Part shown: one piece after another, positions 20,797 to 31,170 of the stretch
Position numbering within the stretch: position 1 is the first letter of the stretch
How the letters are laid out: the number at the start of each line of letters is the position of its first letter
NCBI GenBank assembly: GCA_023484045.1
Contig: JAMDAA010000022.1
Location: 4,201 to 68,200, forward strand
Length of the DNA stretch: 64,000 bases
DNA from: Patescibacteria group bacterium
Lineage (GTDB): Bacteria > Patescibacteriota > Microgenomatia > Levybacterales > UBA12049
Direction: 5' to 3'
Translations under genes and position numbers: made by a program
Notes under the pieces: model-generated
What the model saw: only the letters and a program-made list of their open reading frames with translations
Databases searched by the model: none
What the model was told of the DNA's origin: nothing

Positions 20797-22206
20797 TTAG
20801 TCAAATGGGTTGACGAGGGGTAAAGAAATTATAACGGAAGTACCTTTTCCGACTTTACTAACTATTTTAATCAGTCCTTTATGTGCCTGAATTATTCCCT
20901 GGGCGATTGCCAGGCCTAAGCCAGATCCTAATGTTTTAGTTGTTTTTGAGCCTCTGTAAAAACGTTCAAAAACATGAGGAAGTTCTTTTTCCGAAATACC
21001 TGCTCCCGTATCTTTGATCTCGAGAATCGCGCGTTTATTTCTTTTATAAAGCGCAATCGAGACCAAGCCCTTATTTGGAGTATATTTTATTGCGTTATCG
21101 ACAATATTTAAAATAGCGCGGGAAATTTTGTCTTCATCTCCTGTAATTTCCAAATTTGCTTCTATTTTTTCCTGCAATTTTATTTGTTTTTGCGATCCCA
21201 GTTTTAAAGCGATTTCCCTGATTTCATTGACGACATTAGACAAGTTGAAATACCGTTCTCCCAATTGCGCGTTTTCCGCCTCGAGCCAAGCTAAATCAAG
21301 TATGTTTTTAATTATCGTCGAAAGCCGGTTTGCGTCTACTAAAGTTTCTTCTAAAGCCCGTTTGTATTCATGCTCTGTTCTTTTTTTGGAAAGAACAAGC
21401 TCGATTTCGCTTCTTAGTGTTGCGACCGGAGTTTTAAGCTCGTGGGCAACATCGCCTATAAATTGCCTTTCCCTGTGAAACGCTTCTTGCATGCGACCCA
21501 AAAGATTATTAAAAGTGGTGGTTAGTTTCTCGATTTCATCCTCTGTTTTTGGATTATCGATTCTTTCGTCTAAATGTTCTGATGATATTTTTTCCATTCT
21601 GTTGCTGATATTGGATATCGGACGCATTATTTTACCGGCCAACAGTCTTCCTCCTAAAATAGTCGGTAAAATAAGGAGCAAAAAAACAATGCCAAGGGTA
21701 TTTAGCAACGAATTTAACGACTTTTGAATTGCGTCGATCGGATGGGCAACAAGAATTACTCCGGCAAGAGAATTGTTATATCGAACAGCTTGAGCGGTAA
21801 AACGCATCGGAGAATTTTTAATATCCTCGTTTGAGTAAACAGCTTGATTCGTGTGTTTTGCGCTCTCAAAAAGAGATTTGTAGAAATCATGCGGGTTTTC
21901 GGTAGTTAAGGAACTATTCACCGCATTGCCGTCTTTGTCCAGAAGCACCACAACCATTCCCGGAATTTGGCTAAATTCGGAGTACAGTTGTTGTTTTAGC
22001 ATCGCTTCGTGCATATTAACTCCTTGACGGGTTACTATTTCCGTAAGTTTCACTGCGTGTGTAGAAAGCTCTTTGTCGACCTGACTAAAAATAATTTGCC
22101 GTGTGACAAAATAAAAGCTCGAAAATATAAACGCGGTTGCTAAAAAAAGAGTTAAAGTATACCACAATAAAATTCTGAATCTGATGCTTTTCGTATTTAT
22201 AATCAT
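20797..22206 (-). CDS. HAMP sensor histidine kinase (heavy-metal-sensor-like)
   Basis: HELKTP, NAIKY, FERFYRG, GSGLGL. Confidence 0.92.
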   Translation of the reverse strand: MIINTKSIRFRILLWYTLTLFLATAFIFSSFYFVTRQIIFSQVDKELSTHAVKLTEIVTRQGVNMHEAMLKQQLYSEFSQIPGMVVVLLDKDGNAVNSSLTTENPHDFYKSLFESAKHTNQAVYSNEDIKNSPMRFTAQAVRYNNSLAGVILVAHPIDAIQKSLNSLLNTLGIVFLLLILPTILGGRLLAGKIMRPISNISNRMEKISSEHLDERIDNPKTEDEIEKLTTTFNNLLGRMQEAFHRERQFIGDVAHELKTPVATLRSEIELVLSKKRTEHEYKRALEETLVDANRLSTIIKNILDLAWLEAENAQLGERYFNLSNVVNEIREIALKLGSQKQIKLQEKIEANLEITGDEDKISRAILNIVDNAIKYTPNKGLVSIALYKRNKRAILEIKDTGAGISEKELPHVFERFYRGSKTTKTLGSGLGLAIAQGIIQAHKGLIKIVSKVGKGTSVIISLPLVNPFD

Positions 22207-22871
22207 TCGTTTATTCTGTATCCGACTCCGTGAATTGTTTGAATAAGTTTTACTTTAGTGCCTGAATCGATTTTTTTTCTAAGGGATGCGACGAAAACAT
22301 CAACGACATTACTCATCCCGTCAAAGTTGTAATCCCATACGTGTTCGATAATCATGGTTCTTGTAATAACTTCTCCTTTGTGGCGCAGTAAAAATTCCAA
22401 AATCGAAAACTCTTTTGGAGTTAGATTAATAATTTTTGTTCCGCGCTTTATGATATGTTTTAAAGGATCTGCTTCCAAATCTCTGGCTTTTAGTATGGGA
22501 GATGAATCTTTGTGGCTTCTTCTGATTAATGCGTGAATACGCGAACGAAACTCCAAAAAAGAAAATGGTTTAGTTATATAATCGTCGGCGCCGCTGTCCA
22601 GTCCCGCGACCTTATCTTCTGTTGTCGATTTTGCGGTTAGCATAAGAATCGGAATTTTTACGTTTTTATTCCTTAATTCCCTGCACACTTTAAGACCGTC
22701 AATTTTAGGAAGCATAATATCCAGAACAATCAAGTCGTATTGTTCCGACTCTCCTAAATATAACCCTTCTTCTCCGTCGAATGCCTGATCAATGGCAAAA
22801 CCGTCTTCTAGGAGCCCCTTTTTTATTATGTTTGACAGACGTCTTTCATCCTCGATCACTAAAATTCTCAT
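22203..22871 (-). CDS. OmpR-family response regulator (CusR/CzcR-like)
   Basis: Receiver domain (LDIMLP, GADDY, KPF) plus winged helix; HVWDYNFD. Confidence 0.95.
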   Translation of the reverse strand: MRILVIEDERRLSNIIKKGLLEDGFAIDQAFDGEEGLYLGESEQYDLIVLDIMLPKIDGLKVCRELRNKNVKIPILMLTAKSTTEDKVAGLDSGADDYITKPFSFLEFRSRIHALIRRSHKDSSPILKARDLEADPLKHIIKRGTKIINLTPKEFSILEFLLRHKGEVITRTMIIEHVWDYNFDGMSNVVDVFVASLRKKIDSGTKVKLIQTIHGVGYRINE

Positions 22872-22989
22872 AAATATAATGATAATTATATCACAAAAAG
22901 TTAAAAAATTATGAAGATTTAATTAAAACGAAATTTAAAACACCGCACCCGCCGCCTGTTTTTGGAGGTTGTTCGATAATTTCTGTATT

Positions 22990-23814
22990 TTATTTTTCAT
23001 TATCTCCTTTGTATTTTAATAATTTGTAAAAAATAAACAGAATTACGGCAAAAACCGTTAAATCGATAATCGGATTTTGAAAATATTTGGCGATTCCAAA
23101 AACTGTCAGACGAATTGTCTGACTGTATGATTCCATCTGATTCATTTGAATCTTCCCCTGATAATTAAAAACTGCGATTAATACTCCTGTTATAAAAAAG
23201 ATAACGGCTCCCAAAAACTTTAAGACTTTATATATTTTTTGTCTGTTTTTTCCTGCAATCTTTGCCGTTGCCTTTTGATAAAACATCGACATAATAAACA
23301 AAGGCATAACAATACCGGTTACATACGATAGCGAAACTATAAGCGCCTGGAAAAGTGTTGGAGAAAGAGAAGTTAGTGTTACAGCCGCAAACAAAACGGG
23401 CGCACAGCAGGCAGACGTCAGTCCCGACATTAATCCTAAGCCGAATACACTCACAGTACTAATTTTTTTGTTATCAGGAGCGGATACGTGAAAAAACTGG
23501 GGGAGGTGAAAAACCGGCTTTAGAGTCATTGTCCCCATTAGAATCATTACAAAAGCTCCGATGTAATAGACTTGCAAATGATAGGTGTCGAGGAAAAAAA
23601 TCGCTGATCTTATGCCTAAAGCGATCGGTACAAGCACAAAAGCGAGTCCCAAGGCAAATATAAGCGTATAGTACATAACCCTGTTCTTTTCTTTGAAAAT
23701 GGTTCCTAAATACGACGGGAAAAGAAAAGTAATGCAGCAAGGAGCAAACAGGGCTAAAACCCCGGCTAAAAATGACGCGGTTAAAGAAATTCCGAATAAA
23801 AAATTTGAATCCAT
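22990..23814 (-). CDS. ccdA: CcdA-family protein
   Basis: FAPCC and ACCAP motifs. Confidence 0.8.
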   Translation of the reverse strand: MDSNFLFGISLTASFLAGVLALFAPCCITFLFPSYLGTIFKEKNRVMYYTLIFALGLAFVLVPIALGIRSAIFFLDTYHLQVYYIGAFVMILMGTMTLKPVFHLPQFFHVSAPDNKKISTVSVFGLGLMSGLTSACCAPVLFAAVTLTSLSPTLFQALIVSLSYVTGIVMPLFIMSMFYQKATAKIAGKNRQKIYKVLKFLGAVIFFITGVLIAVFNYQGKIQMNQMESYSQTIRLTVFGIAKYFQNPIIDLTVFAVILFIFYKLLKYKGDNEK

Positions 23815-23816
23815 AT

Positions 23817-24314
23817 TTATTTGACGTTTGCTTTGATGCTAAAAACAAGTTTTTGATTTAGCGGATCATTAGTCGTTACATAAACTTCGCGTTCAACAAA
23901 TCCATACACAGGCATTGTAGCCGGTCTATAAATCAATCTAATAGTAGCTGTGTCACCAGGAACAATTTCTGTGACATACCCACTTTGTGAGTGCATGCCG
24001 TATTCTTTACTCGTAAAATCTTTATAGATAATTTGTCCGGCGGTACAACCGCAACTGGAATTAATATTAAGAATTTGCAAAGGTTTGCTTCCGGTATTTT
24101 TTAAAAAAAAATCTTTTTGTTTGATGTCAGAAACCTTAATATTGCCAAAATCGAAAAAATTTACTGCAGTTTCTGCTTTCGGGCGATTATTTTCTTTAAT
24201 AGAATATGTTGTTGTATTAGGTACTGGTTTTTGCCCCGATATCATGAGAAACGACAATGCGACAACAAGAACAATAAAACCGATCAAACCAAAAATAATT
24301 GTTTTTACAGACAT
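23817..24314 (-). CDS. DUF1573 Ig-like protein
   Basis: FDFGNI, NTGSKPL, SSCGCT, TNDP. Confidence 0.8.
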   Translation of the reverse strand: MSVKTIIFGLIGFIVLVVALSFLMISGQKPVPNTTTYSIKENNRPKAETAVNFFDFGNIKVSDIKQKDFFLKNTGSKPLQILNINSSCGCTAGQIIYKDFTSKEYGMHSQSGYVTEIVPGDTATIRLIYRPATMPVYGFVEREVYVTTNDPLNQKLVFSIKANVK

Positions 24315-24373
24315 TTTATTGAAATATTACACGGGAGTGGATTAAGATTTTGTGAAGAAGATGAAATTAGGGT

Positions 24374-25309
24374 ATGTTTTATTGTATAATACTCCTCGTG
24401 AAAAAAAAGCGCAAAAAAAAGTATAATAAATTCATGCTCAAGTTAAGGATTGGATCGGTTCTATTTTTTGTCTTGTTTATTATTCTTGTTTTGGAAAATT
24501 TTTATATATATTCGCCCAAAAAAATCACACGTAAAAACAGCGTGCGTCGCGTTGTTGCGTCTGCAAATATTATTCCAACCCCGACTGTTACCCCGACCGT
24601 AATCAAAAAGGCAGAAGTTACTCCAACTCCGGCGTATTACGGTTTTTGTTTGCGGGTTCCTGTTTTAATGTATCACCACGTTGAACCGATGGCGGTCGCT
24701 AAAGAGAAAGGTGACACATTATTTGCCGTTGACAGTGGAATTTTTGAGGGGCAAATGGCATATCTTAATTCGGCAGGATACACGACGATTCCGGCGAAAC
24801 AATTAATCGAAGCGCTTCGAAATCATTCAGGGCTTCCAGGTAAAAGTGTTGTTGTGACTCTCGACGATGGGTACAGTGATGCTTATCAATACGCGTACCC
24901 GATCGCACAGAGATACCGTATTATTTTGAATTTAGCAATTCCGACCGGTCTTATTAGCGGGGAAAGATACATGAATTGGGGCCAAATCGAGGAGATGTCG
25001 CGAAGCGGAATCGTAAATTTTATCGATCACACGTGGTCGCATTATTCTGTTAATCGCGGACCGCTCGAAAAAATTAAATACGAAATCGAGACGGCTAAAA
25101 CCCAGCTCGAGCAGCACACTGGCCAAAAAATTGATGTTTTTGTGTATCCGTATGGTTCATCTAGCCCGACATCGATTAATGTTTTAGAACAAGACGGTTT
25201 TATCGGTGCATTTTCGACTATTCCCGGAACTTACCAATGTGATTCATTTATTTTAAATCTTCACCGGACAAGAGTCGGCAACGCTCCCCTTTCGGCCTAC
25301 GGGTTGTAA
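24374..25309 (+). CDS. Polysaccharide deacetylase (CE4/NodB), membrane anchored
   Basis: LMYHHV, TLDDGY, HTWSH, YPYG; start may be ATG 24434. Confidence 0.9.
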   Translation: MFYCIILLVKKKRKKKYNKFMLKLRIGSVLFFVLFIILVLENFYIYSPKKITRKNSVRRVVASANIIPTPTVTPTVIKKAEVTPTPAYYGFCLRVPVLMYHHVEPMAVAKEKGDTLFAVDSGIFEGQMAYLNSAGYTTIPAKQLIEALRNHSGLPGKSVVVTLDDGYSDAYQYAYPIAQRYRIILNLAIPTGLISGERYMNWGQIEEMSRSGIVNFIDHTWSHYSVNRGPLEKIKYEIETAKTQLEQHTGQKIDVFVYPYGSSSPTSINVLEQDGFIGAFSTIPGTYQCDSFILNLHRTRVGNAPLSAYGL

Positions 25310-25339
25310 ATTGATATAGTAATCACCAAGAGTAATCAT

Positions 25340-25408
25340 CAAGGAGAGTTCTTGCATTAAGCTAACAAGGTCTCTCCTCTCTTCTTCTTGCTCTTCTTGC
25401 TCTTCTTG
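25340..25408. repeat. RAYT-flanking REPs (CAAGG-N5-CCTTG-like) plus a 9-mer tandem repeat
   Basis: caaggagagttcttg, caaggtctctcct, then (ctcttcttg)n. Confidence 0.6.
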
Positions 25409-26092
25409 TTAACCATTTACTTCTTCCAAAGTAAGTTCTTTTAGTGCATATTCGGGGTTTTCTTTAAAATCTTCGACAAAGTTTTGATACGAAAAAATAT
25501 CTGACTTTGCTGTATTTTTTGATTTTTTAAAATAAGATGAAATTTCATCGATTTTTATCCAATCGGCGGTTTTACTTTTAAGATAATAGGGGTAACTCGA
25601 AAATTGGACATAGTCAAATTTTGAACTCTTTAATTTCATTGGGTTTCTATGAATATAGGAAGATAAATATAGATTTTGTTCTTCGGTTTCTATAAGAGCT
25701 GCTTTATAAACACTTTCGAACAGTGTTCCAATTCTTTTGTATTTATTATTGTAATACCGAACAAAACATGTCAAAACTCTTCTCGTTAATTTTTGTATAG
25801 CCTCTTTTGTATATTGTTTAACTTGTAAATGAAAGTGATTTGGCATTAATGTGAAAGACAAAAGATCAATCTCGCGATTCAAATTTAAATTATTTATTTT
25901 ATAAAGAAGTTTGGGCGACAAGGGTTTATCCTTAAGAAGATTTTGTGGCGTATCTAAATAGAGCTTTAGATAATGGAGGAAAACCGTGCAGTCTTTTTCA
26001 TCTATGAAAATTTCTTTCTTATCGATTCCCCTGTTATAAATATGATAATAACCATTTTCGACATACGTTTTAAGTGTGTTTTTACCCGGCAT
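25409..26092 (-). mobile_element. REP-associated tyrosine transposase (RAYT, Y1 HUH)
   Basis: YYHIYNRG, LMPNHFHL (HUH), YIHRNP, SSY motifs. Confidence 0.9.
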
Positions 26093-26139
26093 AGTTTATA
26101 AATATAATTTTAATATAGTTTTATTTTTGCATATCAGAG

Positions 26140-26164
26140 CAGTCTTTTGCAAGGACTCTCCTTG
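26140..26164. repeat. RAYT-flanking REP
   Basis: cagtcttttgcaaggactctccttg. Confidence 0.7.
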
Positions 26165-26214
26165 TAATGAAGAAGTTTGATATCTTTTATTCTGTTGTAA
26201 TTTGATTTATCTTC

Positions 26215-27018
26215 GTGTATTTTTTAAGTATGCCCAATTCTTCTTATAAGACAATTCTTCACATCGACTTCGATTCATCCTTTGCCAGTTGTGGACAACA
26301 ATATAATCCCAAGCTTCAAAAGAAACCAATCGGAGTCACTGCGGTAAACGGTAGAACTTGTATTATCGCTTCAAGCCGCGAGGCAAAAATTTTAGGGATA
26401 AAAACGGGAATGCGAACTTTTGAAGCTAAGAAAATCTGTCCGTCGGTAACATTCGTGCCGGCAAATTTTGTCAGATATTGGGAAGTTAGTAAAAAGTTCA
26501 TAAACATCTGCAAAGATTATTCGCCGCTGGTCGAAGTTTTCTCGATCGACGAATTATTTATCGACGCAACCTCAACCCTTCATCTTTTCGGTGGCGTATA
26601 TGGAATTATTTCAAAAATTAAAAAACGGATTAAAGCAGAAATCGGTGGATATATCACGGCCAAAATTCGCATCGGGACTCGATAAGCCAAACGGAATCGT
26701 CGAAATTGAAAAAAAGACGTCAGGATAGATTCTTTAATCTCAGAAGATTTTTACTTAAACACAAATTATATACGGCAAATTCATATTTATGTTTCAAATC
26801 TTGAAGACAAGAATAATTTAATGACTTCTCTTTTCGATTCTGATCAAAAGAAAGACAGGGTTACAAAAGTAGTCGATAAAATTAACGAAAAATTCGGAGA
26901 TCACACGATAAGAAACGGATTTCTACTCTATAGTGAAAAATTGACTACGACCCAGAACGGTTTTGGGTCTGATAAATACGAAAGAGTTAAGCTTACAGGC
27001 TCGGCTACTCGCGTTTGA
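26215..27018 (+). pseudogene. dinB: DNA polymerase IV (Y family), internally deleted and frameshifted
   Basis: HIDFDS and SIDE catalytic motifs, then out-of-frame KPNG and C-terminal DKINEKFG fragments. Confidence 0.8.
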
Positions 27019-27823
27019 GATCGGAGACAGATTTTGCCTCGGAAATAATTTGTTGAATTTTATTTTCGGAAAGATCAAGAATTCCAAGTTTAGTAGAATC
27101 GCTAACGATATCTTTACATAAAACTATGTGGTTTTTTAATAATTCTTGCTTTTGATTACCGGAAAGTGAAGAAAGAACAGTGATCGGGATGAGATCAAAT
27201 TTTTCGACTAAATCTCTTAAACTTTCGCCGTTCGGATAGCTCCAGCTTATAATTTTCATCCCGACGCACGACCCGTAAGTTATCGAATCCCCTGTTACTT
27301 TGGTGTTCGTAATTAAAAAAACATTCGAAAGCTTATTTTTTTCTTTTACATCGTCAAATCTTGCTTTGGTATACATCGCGACGTGTATGTCTGACCGGGT
27401 TCCCGGTAAATTATGGTATTTTACCTCGACCATAATTTTTTCGTTCGTTTTTTCGGCTAAAACATCGATTTCGTGACTTATACACTTCCCCTGCAATATT
27501 TTTCTGACGATTGTTTGGAATCCTTGGGCTTCGAGAATTTTTGAGATAAAGTCTTCAAAAGGGAAACCTGTCGGTCCTAAACTCATAATAGCCTGTTTTA
27601 AGCCGTATTTTGCGCTCGCGTATGGGATTTGCGATTTTTCCAAAAATCCGACGATCTGAGAATAAATTTCCGAAGTCGAAATGTTATTGCGGAGCTTTTT
27701 TTTAATATTCCCGATAACCTGATCTCGCAAATTTTCCGGAATTCCGGCGCGTGCGATCGAGCTCCTTACTTTTTGTTCACTGAAGGGCTCTTTTTCCCCA
27801 TTTGCTTTAATTACGTAAATCAC
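27005..27823 (-). CDS. ATP-cone + Mrr-like restriction endonuclease domain protein
   Basis: VIKANGEKEPF ATP cone; FE..EIDVLA..VEVKYH nuclease motif. Confidence 0.8.
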   Translation of the reverse strand: MIYVIKANGEKEPFSEQKVRSSIARAGIPENLRDQVIGNIKKKLRNNISTSEIYSQIVGFLEKSQIPYASAKYGLKQAIMSLGPTGFPFEDFISKILEAQGFQTIVRKILQGKCISHEIDVLAEKTNEKIMVEVKYHNLPGTRSDIHVAMYTKARFDDVKEKNKLSNVFLITNTKVTGDSITYGSCVGMKIISWSYPNGESLRDLVEKFDLIPITVLSSLSGNQKQELLKNHIVLCKDIVSDSTKLGILDLSENKIQQIISEAKSVSDLKRE

Positions 27824-27840
27824 ACTTTAATCGTAGCAGA

Positions 27841-30222
27841 TTAATTTATTTTTTTAAATGCGATAAAATCGTCAATTTCTTTTATTACGATGTATCGAGG
27901 ATTACTTTTTAATTTTGTCACCATTTCTTTTTGGGCTTTTAGCGATGGCTGGGCGAATTGGTCGTTGAGTAAAAATATAACGATATTTGCCTTGTCGACT
28001 CCGATCGGAATCGTGTAGATATTTTTGCGGTGAGAAAGGTGCGCACCTAAATTATTGGTCGCGGCGATACTGTATCGTTTTGAAATGTGCGCGAGAAAAT
28101 CGACGACTTCATTTTTATGGATGTAAGGTTTCACAAACATATCAATATTCGGCGTTTTAGAGCCCGGAAGCGGGCCGAAAGAATAGGCCGAATATAAAGT
28201 TGCAATGGTTAAATATAAAACAAAGGCAAAAATTGGAATTTTCGGGAAAATCTTTTTTATTTGTTTTATCCCGTAGATCGCAGAGATAAATATAAACGGT
28301 GTTATGGTCGCACTATACTGAAAATATATTTGATGAAGCTGAAGGTTGTTGCTTAAAAGATTAATTAATAGATCGGGAAGTAAGAATATTAAATACAACG
28401 GAGAAAAAAGCGATAAATATCCAAGTGGCAAAAATAACTGGTTTAAATAATGGAGTTTTGCCGGTTGAACAATCGCGAGTATTGTTTTTTGCGGATGAAT
28501 AATTAAATTTCCTATAATCGATCCAGGTGACGACCCAAAATCCGAATAGTAACTAATCGCAAAATGATTTCCACCGCGCGCAGATGGAATCGCGATAGAA
28601 ATTAAATAATAAAAAACTCCGATTGAAAAAAGAAATAATATTAATCCCAAAACGTATTCTAAGCTTCTGTTTTTATTCGAGTTCACTCTTTTAATATCTA
28701 AATAAATATTAGATACGATTAAATATAATCCGAAGAGAGATATAATTGCCCACACCTGCTCTTTAGTAACCGCAGATAATACCGAAAAAATAATAAACAG
28801 GATATATTTTTTTTTAATCATGTAATAAAACGCGGCGAGCAAAAAAGTCGTCGCAAGCGACACGGCGTGAAAATCGTATAAATTAGTATATTGAATCGCG
28901 GGGCTTAAAAGGTAGACGGATGAAAAAACAAGGGCAAGATTTTTGTTTTTTAAAACATGTTTTGCGAGAAGGTAAGCAAAAATCGCGCCGATACCTAAAA
29001 CGACAGTTTGAATTAAAAGAAGCATTCTCGGATCGTTCCAGACGTAATAAAACGGGGTAATAAGGATTAAAATAAAATCTGCGTGGAACGCGAGTCTTGA
29101 AATATTATTAGTGCCGTCGGGGTCAGTTAATTGAAAAGTTCTGCCGTGCAGTGTATTCCAAACGGTTTGGTCCATGTTGCCCAAATCAAAGCGCCCGGCA
29201 TAAAAATTGTCGTATCTAAAAAAACTCGCGGTCGTAAAGTAAATAATGTAGATTAGGATAAATAGCGATAAAAAAATTGCTTGTTTATGTTCGCCGATAA
29301 AATTTTCCAAAAACAATACAACTCTGTTTTTTGAGTGGTACCAAACAAACGCAAAAACTAAAAAAATGATTTCAGAAAGAATTAGAATGACTCTCGCAAA
29401 TATTGAACCGAGTCCAGCAAGACTTAAAGGGATAAACTTTGCTAAACCGATCGTCATTATTCCTTCGCGTACGCCCAAACCCATCGGAGTAATAAACGAT
29501 AAGTAGCCGATCATAAGAGAAAAAACAAAAAAACCGATAAATGTTAGAAGGTAATACGGCTCTAAAAAGACGATCGAGGATATCGTAAAATATGTTCCGA
29601 TTCCGAAAAAGAAAAGGCAAAGTATAGAAATCATGAGTAAAAAAACGAGCGACCAGATCGAAAACCCCTTTAATACACTAAGAAGCTGGGAGTAAAATTT
29701 ATAGATCGAAACGGAGATTACTATAAATAAAAATAGTGCAACAAAAATCATCCAAAGTCCGACGTGAACAACGGGTGTTAAAATAAAAAAAATAAACGGA
29801 AGCGAAAAAAACGAAAAAATTGCACACGCGACAACGAGTAATACTCCCTCGGCGAGAAACGACACCGCGATATCTTTTTTACTTACTCCCCTTTTTGAAA
29901 AAATAACAGTCATCCCTAAAAACGACCAGATGTTTCCCGGGACAAATCGTTTGATTTGAGAAATTTCCCACAAAAAAGACAATTCTTTTAACGGAATTTC
30001 GTAACCTTTTTGTTTTAGTATCTGTTTCCAAAGGATAGCGCGTGTAAAAAAATAAGAAAAAAAACACAGAACCCCGAGCACTAGAAGTGCAAAATTTGTG
30101 TGCTCTAGGCTTACTAGAATTTGCGAACCGTTGGAATATACGACTTTAAATATAAAAAAAAGGGCGAGGATCGCGATTGGCCAGCCTAAGAGAAATTTAG
30201 AGATGTTTAATAATTTTTTCAT
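27841..30222 (-). CDS. Flippase-like (LPG synthase TM) + DUF2079 GT-C-like fusion membrane protein
   Basis: RFVPGNIW, TPMGLGVREG; FDLGNMDQ, YDFH, KE, YFQYS. Confidence 0.75.
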   Translation of the reverse strand: MKKLLNISKFLLGWPIAILALFFIFKVVYSNGSQILVSLEHTNFALLVLGVLCFFSYFFTRAILWKQILKQKGYEIPLKELSFLWEISQIKRFVPGNIWSFLGMTVIFSKRGVSKKDIAVSFLAEGVLLVVACAIFSFFSLPFIFFILTPVVHVGLWMIFVALFLFIVISVSIYKFYSQLLSVLKGFSIWSLVFLLMISILCLFFFGIGTYFTISSIVFLEPYYLLTFIGFFVFSLMIGYLSFITPMGLGVREGIMTIGLAKFIPLSLAGLGSIFARVILILSEIIFLVFAFVWYHSKNRVVLFLENFIGEHKQAIFLSLFILIYIIYFTTASFFRYDNFYAGRFDLGNMDQTVWNTLHGRTFQLTDPDGTNNISRLAFHADFILILITPFYYVWNDPRMLLLIQTVVLGIGAIFAYLLAKHVLKNKNLALVFSSVYLLSPAIQYTNLYDFHAVSLATTFLLAAFYYMIKKKYILFIIFSVLSAVTKEQVWAIISLFGLYLIVSNIYLDIKRVNSNKNRSLEYVLGLILFLFSIGVFYYLISIAIPSARGGNHFAISYYSDFGSSPGSIIGNLIIHPQKTILAIVQPAKLHYLNQLFLPLGYLSLFSPLYLIFLLPDLLINLLSNNLQLHQIYFQYSATITPFIFISAIYGIKQIKKIFPKIPIFAFVLYLTIATLYSAYSFGPLPGSKTPNIDMFVKPYIHKNEVVDFLAHISKRYSIAATNNLGAHLSHRKNIYTIPIGVDKANIVIFLLNDQFAQPSLKAQKEMVTKLKSNPRYIVIKEIDDFIAFKKIN

Positions 30223-30240
30223 GGGATTAAAACGGAGATG

Positions 30241-30313
30241 TGAGCTGCCGGGGACTCGAACCCCAAACCTACTCCTTAAGAGGGAGTTGCTCTACCAGTT
30301 GAGCTAGCAGCCC
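30241..30313 (-). tRNA. tRNA-Lys(CTT)
   Basis: Cloverleaf; anticodon arm ACTCC-CTCTTAA-GGAGT; GTTCGAGTC T-loop. Confidence 0.95.
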
Positions 30314-30425
30314 TTCGTAACTTCGTTACTCAGGATCTTCGACCCGCTTTATATTTTAGCTGTGATTTAGTATACTATAAACGTGTTATTTAGGGCAATA
30401 AGCTTCGTCTAAACGTTAAGGAAAA

Positions 30426-30500
30426 GCGCCTGTAGCTCAGTGGATTTAGAGCATCTCGCTTCGGACGAGAGGGTCGGGGGTTCGAATCCCTCCAGGCGCG
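30426..30500 (+). tRNA. tRNA-Arg(TCG)
   Basis: Cloverleaf; anticodon arm TCTCG-CTTCGGA-CGAGA. Confidence 0.95.
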
Positions 30501-30513
30501 CAGAAGAGAACAT

Positions 30514-31125
30514 TTAGCGATTTACTTTTTTGCAGTAGTCGGTTTCTATTTTAGTTTGCTCCGCGAGTATCTTTTCTTTGCCGGGCATTTTATCGTTTCC
30601 GAAGAAGTGAGTAATAATATCATCGGTAATTAACTCTTTCGGAACAACACAATCAACCTCGCTTATCAACGGTGCACCATTTTGGTCGACAACTTTACTT
30701 GAGTAGTGACATTTCCCATTTTCTAGACCAAATACGGTAATTATGTAAGTACTATTGCCACCGCCACCAAACGGCATCGTAAGCTTGCTCGCCTTACACT
30801 GCAGAAAATTTGAGGCAAGGCATTGTGGATCGCTGCAGCTAACGGGGCCAGTCGGCTTTAGACTTGCGGTCGGAGATGAAATCGGAGTTGATGTAGGGAC
30901 GCGTGAAGTAGGCATCAGTGTTGGAGTAGCCGTCACAACGGGACTTGTTGCTTTTCCTTTAAATAATAAAAAGTAGCTGATTATTCCGGCGACGACTAAA
31001 AGTAGAAAAATAAATAAAACAAGACCAGCTGGATTACGTTTATTAGTAGGACTAGAGTTTCCCGATACTACTACAGTAGGTTGAATATCTTGTGTATTTT
31101 GCTGGAGCGTGTTTTCATCGCTCAT
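30514..31125 (-). CDS. Single-TM hypothetical protein with Pro/Thr linker and Cys-rich ectodomain
   Basis: TM segment, TPT repeats, six Cys. Confidence 0.7.
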   Translation of the reverse strand: MSDENTLQQNTQDIQPTVVVSGNSSPTNKRNPAGLVLFIFLLLVVAGIISYFLLFKGKATSPVVTATPTLMPTSRVPTSTPISSPTASLKPTGPVSCSDPQCLASNFLQCKASKLTMPFGGGGNSTYIITVFGLENGKCHYSSKVVDQNGAPLISEVDCVVPKELITDDIITHFFGNDKMPGKEKILAEQTKIETDYCKKVNR

Positions 31126-31170
31126 ATTATGAGTATTTCACTATTAAATGTGAGATGTCAAGAAGCTCAC

